Shown here: piece after piece, positions 54,601-64,000 of the stretch
How positions within the stretch are numbered: position 1 is the first letter of the stretch
How the letters are laid out: each line of letters starts with the position of its first letter
Origin: Piromyces finnis finn
Taxonomy: Eukaryota > Fungi > Neocallimastigomycota
Length of the DNA stretch: 64,000 nt
Direction of reading: 5' to 3'
NCBI GenBank assembly: GCA_002104945.1
Contig: MCFH01000004.1
Coordinates: 558,001-622,000, forward strand
The notes under the pieces: model-generated
What the model saw: the letters and a program-made list of their open reading frames with translations, nothing else
What the model was told of the DNA's origin: nothing
The model's database searches: none
Translations under genes and position numbers: made by a program

Positions 54601-55996
54601 TATTAATAATTGTTTCTCTCAAATGATCCCAATAATTTTAACTCTAATAGATGATTATCAAATTCCTTACAAGTTAATTGGTGTAAAATTAATGGATTAC
54701 TGTATTATTCATCATACTGACCCCGCACAAATTAGATTAACAGGATTAGCTAATGTCTTTTTAGAAGTATTTTATAACAAAATCTTTTATATAATAAAGC
54801 ACTACTATCTTAAATATTTATCTTAATATAATTATATTTTTTATCCTTATAAATATATAAAATGGATAATTAAGGCATTACGTTTATGTCTTTCTTTTCA
54901 CTCTAATCCTGAATTAATGGATGAAACTTTACCATGTATTATTAGTTTAATTAAGCTTATGGTAAATTATAATGAACCTCAAAACTCTCCTGAATTTTTC
55001 TCATTAATTGAAAAAATAATAACTGAAGATATTATTAAAGGATTATCCCTTTCAATTGGCAAATCATCAGCAGTGGTATGTTTTGTTTCGTTATAAGAAG
55101 AAAAAGGATACTATTGATTCGTTAATAAAAAAAAATGGAATATATATACTAGTACTAATTAAAAAATAAATATAAATATTAAAAAAAAAAAAAAAAGATA
55201 TATTTAAAACATCTACCTTTAATGATTGATAATCTCGGAATAGTTTCCGTGCGATACCTCCAAGTTAGTAAAATACATAAGTTAAATATTCTGTCATTCT
55301 ATTAATTTTATTAATATATATTTAATATGTATATCTATAATCTTATTTTTAAAATTAGTTATTTATTGGGCCTTGTTGTGAAATTTTAACATTTAATTAT
55401 GGTAATTATGAAAATCAATATTGGGCTTCTAATTTATTATTGTCCTTTATAAATACTTGTATACCCAGGTTAGTATTAAAACAATTTTTTACTTCTTGTA
55501 TTATTGCTATTGATGTTCTTTTCACTTAAAACTAATTATGTATAAATATAATAGATTAAGTAAATATATTGGAATGATTATGGAATCAACAGCAGAATCT
55601 TGGAGGCAATTAAAAAAAAGTGAATCTTTTAAAAAGGATTTCAATAATAAAGGTGTTTAATATTTATAATGTTGTTGTTGTTGTTGTTGAGTTTGTTACT
55701 AATTATTTGTTATTTTTTTTTCTTTAGAAATGGAATTTAAATCGAAATTAACGAATAATTTAAAAAATATTTATAAATCCCTTAATCAAACTAATATTAA
55801 AGCAGTAAAGGTAAAAAAGTAAATTTAAAATAGAATACTAAACAAAGCTATAATTATTAATTTTTATATTTTTGTTTCATTTAAAAAAAAAAAAAAAAAA
55901 AAAAAACTTTCTAAAACTCAAACCATAATATAGAATAATATTGCCTTATTGAATCTAGTTGATCCAACATTATATCAAGATTTATTAGAATGTTAA
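51646..55996 (+). CDS. TTI2: TELO2-interacting protein 2-like (TTT complex); many short exons
   Basis: YWKTDHPASVYALYWL..IPIILTLIDDYQIPYKLIGVKLM..IRLTGLANVFLE resembles the Tti2 core. Last exon ends ..LYQDLLEC-TAA at 55996. The N-terminal exons are assumed to be the same gene. Confidence 0.68.
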
Positions 55997-57832
55997 TTTT
56001 TATATATATATATATAGTAAATTAATAAATAAAATAAATCAAGATCAATTAGAATAAATTACTTCTAATATATTATTTTATAAACTACCATAAATTTTTA
56101 CATTTTTACATTTTTACATTTTTGTTAAAATGGTTACATTTCGAAATGTAATATAATGAATAAAATGTAACCCAAAGATAAATTACATAGAAATATGTGT
56201 TTCATGTATAAACAAATTAAAGAGAAGTTCAAAGAATTATTTAATTAAAAAATTAATAAATAAATAATTAAAAAAAAAAAGAAATTATTATCTTGACAGT
56301 GTAGAATGTGGGTAACTATTTTTAAAGATTATATAAACATTTACTTAATAAATGGTATGTTTTTTTTTTATTATTATTATTTATTATTCTTCCTTTTCAC
56401 TTTTAATCTATTTAAACATCTTTATTTTATGTTTCTACATGAATATGTTAATATTTTTACATAAAATGATGTTATTGATCTTTAATAAAAAAATAATTAC
56501 AATCATTTAATAATTAAATAAACATGCATGAATCCTTAGTTGTCTTTTTTTTTTTTATTATTATACTTTTATGGTATTATTCCATATTTTTCTAAACAAT
56601 CTTTTCAGATAAAATTTTTTATGGTAACTCTATACATCAGATGATTTTTACACTCTATTTAATTAAACTATTTATATATTTTTAATATTTATAATATTTA
56701 TAATAAGAATAGGTTGTATTTTTTCGATCTTTTTTTTTTACAAAAAAGAATGTTAAATAACTAGTAGATAAATAAATAAATAAATAAATAGATTACCATT
56801 TCATTATTATCCTCTCTTTCATTACAATATAATAAATGTATCTATTCTTTTTTTATAGTTATCAAAAAGAAGGATCATAACAGTCATATGATTTATATAT
56901 AGATAGTCATCGTATTTACATTAACTTTGAATAATATATATTGTAAATATAGTAACCAATCATTATAATTAATATAGTATTGTATGTAGCACATTATACA
57001 AAACAGGAATTAATTACACAAATATTTAAAGTATATTTTATGGAATTTATAATTAAATATGATAGATTATTCTAATATATAATATATATTAAAGTATATT
57101 ATGATTATATTAATAATATATTAATCTAAATAGTATATAAAAATAAGTATTTATTTATTCTTATAATAACTATTTATTTACATTATACTTTTATAATAAT
57201 TTAATTTATTAATAAAATTTCATTTGATAATATATAGATATTGTATTTTCATATATATTAAAAGCATATTAGAATATATTATAAATTATTTATCTATATA
57301 TATTTAAATTATTCTTCAATAATGTCAATTAATTTTCCTTTTGTAAAATTGAAAATTGAAATATTTTTTAAAAAAAAATTATATATCTTATAATTTATTA
57401 ATAAATATTCTTTTTAATTATTAAAATTAATTTTTATTATTTAGTATTAAATTTTTCTTTTCTTAAATATTATAAAAAAAAAAAAGATAATAAATTTACT
57501 TATAAATAAAATAGATTTATTCATTTTTATAAATGAACATTGAATTGAATATATAAATAATATCACTATAAAAAGATTTTAATATATTTATTATAATTTA
57601 TTCTTCATGAAAATATAGAATATATGCAAAAAAAGAGAAAAAAAACATTTATATATATCAGTATATAAGTGTTGAATTATAAATTTAAATAGAGACAATA
57701 ATAATTAAATTTTTCACTTTATAGAAATTCGTCAAATCATCAAGGAATTTAAAAGAAATTGTATAATACTTTATAAAATAATATATATTTCAATAGTTGA
57801 TTGATTTAGTATACTAAAAAAAAAAATAGTTA

Positions 57833-60800
57833 ATGATAGTGATAGAGGAAAATAAACTAAAAGAAACATTTTATGGATTTATTGAAAATCCCAAAGATGG
57901 TTTAATTTTATTTCAAGCAGTAAAAGATGGGTTATTACCTTCAGTTCAACGTAGATTATCAGTAGAACAAAGAATTCAAATAAAATCAGGTTCAGTATTT
58001 GTTTTTAACGAAACAGAATCAAATATCAAAAGGTACGATGATTCTTTCCATTATTTATATATATATACATAATATTTTTTTCACCTGTAATTTATAATCA
58101 AATAGTCGATGTGTCAATTAAATAATTGACTAAACTAACTATAGTAATACCAATAAATAATAATTTAAAAAATATATATATATATATATACATTTTAAAA
58201 TTAAAATTTAAATGGCTTTCTTATTATTATTTGTTATTATTGTTGTTTTTATATAATAAATAATAGATGGACAGATGGAAGAACTTGGACTCCTTCAAGA
58301 GTACAAGGAGATTTTCTCATTTATAGAGAATTAGAAAAAAATATAGATAAAGCAAAAAGAGATAAAAAATCAATAAAAAGTAATATTTATGCATTAAATA
58401 ATTAATTAAATTTATTTTTTCATATTTAATATTTCAATTTTATTAATATCTTATTTTAAACACGATATTATAATAATAAATAATATTATCATTAAATTTA
58501 AAAGGAAATTTAAGTTTAAAATCTTTAGATGCAAAAAAGGTGTTATCCTCTAGGTATGAAGCATTAAATATTCCAACATTCAGACCTGATAAATTTTTTA
58601 TTAAAATTGACGGTCTTATTAAAAAGACAATGTCAGTTGTAATTAAAGGCCAAACATATCACATGATTAGTTATTATAAAGAAAATGATGTGTTGAATAA
58701 TAAATTAAGTACACCTTCAGAAGTAAAATCATTAAAAAAGGTTATTATATCAGACGAATTATTAAATCAATTAAAACAGCCAACTCAAAAAGTTCCAAGT
58801 ATAGAAGAAATTAAAAACTTTAACATGATAACTAAAACAGAATTGGATTTAAAGGATTCAAGCAATTCATTAATGCCCACTTCCAATAAAAAAAATAGCA
58901 ACCCTTCTGAAATTAAAAAACAACCTTATATGAATATATTTGCTTCTTCAGATAACACAGTTGATATCAACGATATGAATATTAATAAAAATGAAAATAA
59001 CATAAAACAAGAGGTAAAGGAAAAGGTTGTAATTAAAAAAGAACCCAAAACGAACAATATTGAAGACATGATATCCCAACTTGATGATAATTTACACTTT
59101 TTACAAATTTCAAAGAATAACCCTCAATTATTAAATCATTTACAAATGCATCCTGAATTATTAAATCATGTTTCAAAGATTTTAAATGAAAAAGCAAATA
59201 GTATTAATGATTTTAATAATAACAATAGTAATAATACTATTTTACAACATAACATTAATAATATTAAAAATAATTTAAATTCAGTTTCCACCTCAAATAA
59301 TGAATTATTAAGTCACATTTCTTCTAGTCAGAATAATTTATCCCTTTTAACTAACCATCAACAACATCCTAACCTCCCAACAGTGGTATGTAGCTTATCT
59401 TTATAATAATAGGCATCTATAAATTATTGATAATAAAAATGAAAAAGTTTTTTTTAAAAGTTTATTAATAAAATTATATCTTGGTATTGAATTTAAAATT
59501 AATTTATAGGAAAACCAACATGATTTAAATATTGAAACATTGTATCATCAATTAGATAATCAGTTACATCATGATAATGATAATAATGGCAGCCAATCAC
59601 AACAACAACAACAGCAACAACAGCAACAACAACAATACCCAAATGATCTTTTAAATCTATTTATGCAGTTAGCGGAAAAGTCACACATAGAAGAAAATAC
59701 TGATATTAAAGAAAATAATCATGTAAAACAAGAGTATCCACATCATGATTTATTACAAAGTATTAATCAACAAGATCTGCATAATTTACTAGTAAATGAA
59801 AAAAACCAACAACAGCATCATCTTGGTCAAAACACTATTCATCATGAGCCTGTAATTACTTTAAATGAAAATGGCCAAAATAACATGAATCAACATGAAT
59901 TAATGGAATTTTTATTACATCAAAACGACCAGAATCCTTCCCAATCCAATTTAAATCATTCTCTTATAAATAATGTAAATATAGAAGCTTTTCATCATTT
60001 AAACAATAATGCCTATACAACTACTGAGTCAGTAACTATACCAACCTCAATTCATACTGATTTACACTTAAATCATTCATTAAATTCTAATGATATACAT
60101 CATCTTCACGATGATGAAAAAAATATAAAATCAATGATTATTTCATTTAATGAAAAGCATGATATTGAACAAAAGGATAATACTGAATTAGCCAGTAACA
60201 AGATTTTAGAAAATTCACTAAATCAAAATAATGAACATATTAATGAGAATACCAATTTAACAGAAATTAATATGAGTCATATTTTGCAGCTTTTAAATTC
60301 TAATAAAGAAATTGATATGGAAACACTCCATAGTCTCCTTCAGTTAGCAATTAATGATCATAATATTGAATTAGCAAATTATTTAGAAGCCATTATTCAT
60401 ATGTTGAATATCGAACAACAAGAGCATCAACAAATTCAAATGGAGAATGAACATTCTCTTAGTAACAATATACAAAACAACACAAATCAAGCCCCCCAAC
60501 AACACCATCAAGAATTTGAAATGCTTCATAATCATGAACTTTTTAATCAAAATTTATTAAATTTTATGCATGTAGATAATCATCTTCATTCTTCTTTATT
60601 AAATCATCCAAACAATGAAAATAACCTTCATTCTCATTTATTGAATCAACCTACAAGTGAAAATAATCTACATTCTCATTTATTAAATCATCACACAAGT
60701 GAAAATAACCTGCATTCCCATTTATTAAATCATCACACAAGTGAAAATAATCTTCATACTTCTTTGTTAAGCCATCCTACAAATGAAAATAATTTACATT

Positions 60801-61210
60801 CACATATAAACGTTCCCTCAAATATATCACACCCTATACCTGTTAGTCATATTAATATTGCTAACCACCTTCCTACCTCAAATATAGATAATTTAACATC
60901 ACTACCAACAACAATTCAACAACATCTTATTCATGCCTTAGCCCAAAAAAATTCAACGACATCTGTGCAACATCCATCTTTTACAAATAATTTAGATTTT
61001 TCTTTATTAAACCATCATAACGAATTAATAAACTCAAAATCAAATGATCATATGGACCATGATCATAATCTATCTCATTTAAATGATAATCCTATGGAAC
61101 ATGATCATAATCTATCTCATTTAAATGATAATTCTATGAAACATGATCATGATCAAATGGATCATGATCACCATTTTTCAACAACTTTAGGTTTTAATCA
61201 TCAATTATAA
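57833..61210 (+). CDS. Gti1/Pac2 (WOPR; Wor1/Ryp1/Mit1-type) transcription factor with N/Q/H-rich tail; 4 exons
   Basis: ETFYGFIENPKDGLILFQAV..GLLP.VQRRLS..R..IKSGSVFVF.E.ES.IKR|WTDGRTWTPSRVQGDFLIYREL, then GLIKKTMSV....YHMISYY. Exons 57833-58032, 58268-58379, 58505-59385, 59510-61210, all in phase. Confidence 0.93.
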
Positions 61211-62139
61211 ACATAGATAAAATTAAAGCAATTAAAAAATAGTTATATTTTCTTTACATAAAAATACTAATAAATTTTAACTCTATTTCTTTGAACTTTT
61301 TGTCTACTTAATATATTATTATTTAAACAATAATAGTCATAATAACAATAATAATAATAATATAATATTTTATTAAATCATGATGCTTTATTTTTAATTA
61401 TTATTATAATTAAAAGATTGTATTTAAAAAAAAAAAAAAAAAAAAATTAGAAATACAGATAATATTAAAAAATATATAAATTTATTATTAGTTCTTCATC
61501 ATAATATTTATAAAATATATATTTTAAAAATAAAAATAAAAAAAAAAAAGTATAAGCCTATAACTTTTTTGTAAAATAAAAAAAAAAAAAAAAAAAATAT
61601 GCTAATTAATTAATATTGCTTTTTTTTTTTTAACCCATTTATTTAATATTCTTGAAAAAAAAAAAAAAAAGTTGTTAATGGTATAATACTATTTTCATTT
61701 TATTGTTAAATATAATAAAAATATATATTTAAATCATGGATATTGACCATATTTGATCTATAGATAATTTTTTTTTCCCTCTTAATTAGTAATGAAAATT
61801 TTATATTTTTTATTACTTATCACCACTATTTCTTATAAAAAAAAAAAAAAAAAAAAAGTCTTGATATATTATTAACTACCTCGAACATATCATTTGTTTT
61901 TTTTTTGTTTTTGTTTTTTTTTTTTTTTAGACTAAGAAGAGAATACACTTCTTCTTGTATTTATTTTGTGAAATTACATTATATTAGATGATAATACATA
62001 TTGATATAAATGAATAACAAATAAAAATAATAAAATATATTATATATAAATATAAAAGTTCAATAAATTCTGCAATTCGTATTGTGTGGAATGGTTCCCT
62101 ACCTAATAAATTAAATGAAATAAAAAAAAAAAAAAAGTA

Positions 62140-62780
62140 ACCTCAGGTAGGATAGTGTGATGTCCATTAAAATCTCCCTTGAACCTCCTAATGTTTTCGT
62201 TTGAAGAAATACAAACATTGAATCCTGTGTGTATGAAACATTAGGAATGTTCCTTCATCATATCAGTAAGATGTCGGTGCTCTTGATGACGTTAGGGTGT
62301 CATACGAAACCTATCAAAAAGTAGCTTCATTGAACTACTTACGATAAAGATTGTTTTAGTAAGAAAAGTCGCAAGACCCTCTACCTATGAAGCATGAGAC
62401 CCCAATGAACTTGTAAAGCGGTTCATTCAAATGCCTTTGTTCCGCCTTATTAATTTGTAGCTCATCCTAAAATTCCACCAAGAAGGAACATAAAACTATA
62501 GTTATAAATTGTTTTTTTCTTTACTTCCATTTCAGGGAGTAAGTAATGAATTGATGATTGTCTTTCTTGTGAAAAAGGGTAAAAAGATCGTCAAGAATGC
62601 AAAGTTCTGTATTTAGAAAATGTGCAGGACATTCTAAAATCCAATGATAAAAAAGATTGTTTATCCTATCCGCAACATGGACAGATACGAAGGTAGTCAG
62701 GTGTAACTCTATTACTGACAATAGCAGTTCTGATGAAAATAATTCCATCATCTTTTCATAACAAGGAAAAAGAATAAATT
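62140..62780 (-). mobile_element. Decayed non-LTR retrotransposon ORF2 C-terminus (CCHC zinc knuckle)
   Basis: With one stop and a 1-nt indel it reads RICPCCG*DKQSFYHWILECP (C-x2-C-x7-H-x4-C), followed by FLLGG. Locally GC-richer; multiple stops. Confidence 0.72.
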
Positions 62781-63317
62781 TCTTAAAAACAATAATTTAA
62801 AATAAAAAAACCAAAAGAAAATTTTAACAAGTTATTGAACTTTTATTACAGGGTCAATCGAATTCTATAAAGATTTAGAGTAACAACACCATATTATTCC
62901 ATACATGCCTTTACATTTTTATTTTAACAATAACTAATATTTTAAACATCATTATTAAATGCTTTACTTACATCCTTAACTTATATATTATTAAATATTA
63001 TAATATTTATAAAATTCCCAATTTTACATTTATCATCAACTATATTAAAAATAATTTTCAATATTTTTAAATGACATAAAATCAAACTTTTACATTTTAA
63101 CACACTCTAAAACTTCACAATTCAATATTTTTTTAATTTTCTTTTATTTATTTATAAAAACTTCTTACATTTTATTTTTCATTATACATATATTATATTT
63201 AATATTAAAATAAAACCAGCCATATTTACCTATAAAATATTAAATAATATTTTAATTAGCTATTAAAACTCATTTCAAAATATATATTTATAAAATGTTT
63301 TTTAAATATTATTATTA

Positions 63318-63393
63318 ATTTTCAGAATGGAAATTCATCTCATACTGTAATTCGAAATGAGCTGGGTTTAATAGCATAGTGTTTCATCATTTA
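63318..63393 (-). ncRNA. snR71: Box C/D snoRNA, snR71/U29-like (guide for 25S Am2946, yeast numbering)
   Basis: Box C ATGATGA 63390-63384; D' TCGA 63355-63352; C' ATGAGA; box D CTGA 63325-63322. A 13-nt antisense to 25S UGAGCUGGGUUUA; the 5th nt upstream of D' pairs with A2946. Flanked by a 20-bp perfect inverted repeat. Confidence 0.85.
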
Positions 63394-63586
63394 AATTAAT
63401 AATAATATTTAATAAACATTTGGTATTTTGTTCACTAAATTTACCTTTTATTTATTATTACAGTTACTATATTTTAATTTTGGTTAATATCTACATTCCA
63501 CCAAAGTTAATCTAAATTATAAAAATACATCACTTTTAGTAAACCCATTAAGTTTTATAATATATAATATATTAATAAAATTTAAT

Positions 63587-63672
63587 CATTTCAGAATGAA
63601 CATATACGATCTCATTAAAACCTTTGTTTTCGAAGAGCTGGGTTTAGAAAAAGCATGTATTTCATCATTTAA
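63587..63672 (-). ncRNA. snR69: Box C/D snoRNA, snR69-like (guide for 25S Cm2948)
   Basis: Box C 63668-63662; D' TCGA 63633-63630; C' ATGAGA; box D 63594-63591. A 14-nt antisense to GAGCUGGGUUUAGA; the 5th nt upstream of D' pairs with C2948. Flanked by a 15-bp perfect inverted repeat. Confidence 0.85.
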
Positions 63673-63741
63673 TGATTAAATTTTAATTTCAAAAAATATT
63701 GATAATTACCTTTCTTCCATTTTTATGGATAATTTTAATTT

Positions 63742-63877
63742 TTATGTCAAATTCACAGTAAATATATAAATAATTATAGAATAATTTATATTATTACTGT
63801 AAATTTATTTGCTTTCGTCTAAATAAAAATTGAAACATCACATGGAAATTGAAATGTCACAGAGTGTATTAGACATA
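63742..63877 (-). ncRNA. Box H/ACA snoRNA, snR80-like (guide for 18S Psi759)
   Basis: Hairpin 1 lower stem GTCTAA/TTAGAC; H box AAAGCA 63815-63810; hairpin 2 AAATTTACAGTAA/TTACTGTGAATTT; ACA at 63747-63745 plus 3 nt. Pocket strands CACTCT and TTTTT fit 18S AAAAA-UU-AGAGUG, 14 nt from the H box. Confidence 0.75.
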
Positions 63878-63983
63878 ATACAAATTTTTGTTTGTTTCTA
63901 AATAAAATAATACTTTATAAAATAATAATATAAAATTAATATCCATATTTATATTTTATAATATTATTAAACGGTTATCTTTT

Positions 63984-64000
63984 ATTGTCAGATACCGTCG
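63984..64000 (-). ncRNA. 3' end of a box C/D snoRNA, snR79-like (18S Cm1007), truncated by the window edge
   Basis: Minus strand CGACGGTAT-CTGA is antisense to 18S UCAGAUACCGUCG; the 5th nt upstream of box D pairs with C1007. Box C lies outside the window. Confidence 0.65.

Larger units (their letters stand above)
63230..64000 (-). ncRNA. Putative non-coding spliced snoRNA host transcript
   Basis: Donors GTAATT (63709) and GTAAAT (63444) lie ~40-55 nt upstream of the C boxes, and acceptors follow the D boxes. The intervening exon 63511-63445 has stops in all three frames. Confidence 0.6.

Noticed and set aside
62940-63225. A fifth snoRNA after the GTAAAT donor at 63229 (TTGATGA near 63030)
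   Set aside because: No CTGA box D, guide or stem found downstream.
63321-63680. CRISPR-like or MITE interpretation of the ~270-bp-spaced repeat pair
   Set aside because: Only two diverged copies, in a eukaryote, and fully explained by C/D snoRNA boxes and guides.

Overview
Extremely AT-rich, intron-rich eukaryotic DNA. Composition, poly-A/T intergenic tracts, short GT-AG introns and gene content point to an anaerobic gut fungus (Neocallimastigomycota; inference). I hand-spliced 14 protein-coding loci: an ankyrin-repeat protein, a SUEL-lectin/GT34 glycosyltransferase, a PX-BAR sorting nexin, a PH protein, an unknown acidic protein, a CitE/CLYBL-like lyase with a presequence and a 6-nt micro-exon, a RalGAP-alpha-like Rap-GAP, RNase H2C, a ~1,525-aa F-box/LRR protein, RPS23, a RING-H2 protein, a secreted histidine-phosphatase-like protein, TTI2-like, and a Gti1/Pac2 (WOPR) factor. 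There are also two decayed non-LTR retrotransposon 3' ends and several microsatellites. The main result is invisible to the ORF track: a minus-strand snoRNA cluster at 63.3-64.0 kb, apparently in a non-coding spliced host transcript. It holds a snR79-like C/D (cut by the window edge), a snR80-like H/ACA, and two paralogous C/D RNAs whose guides differ by a 2-nt register shift (Cm2948 and Am2946, yeast 25S numbering). Gene models and rRNA pairings were worked out by eye against rRNA sequence recalled from memory, with no database search.
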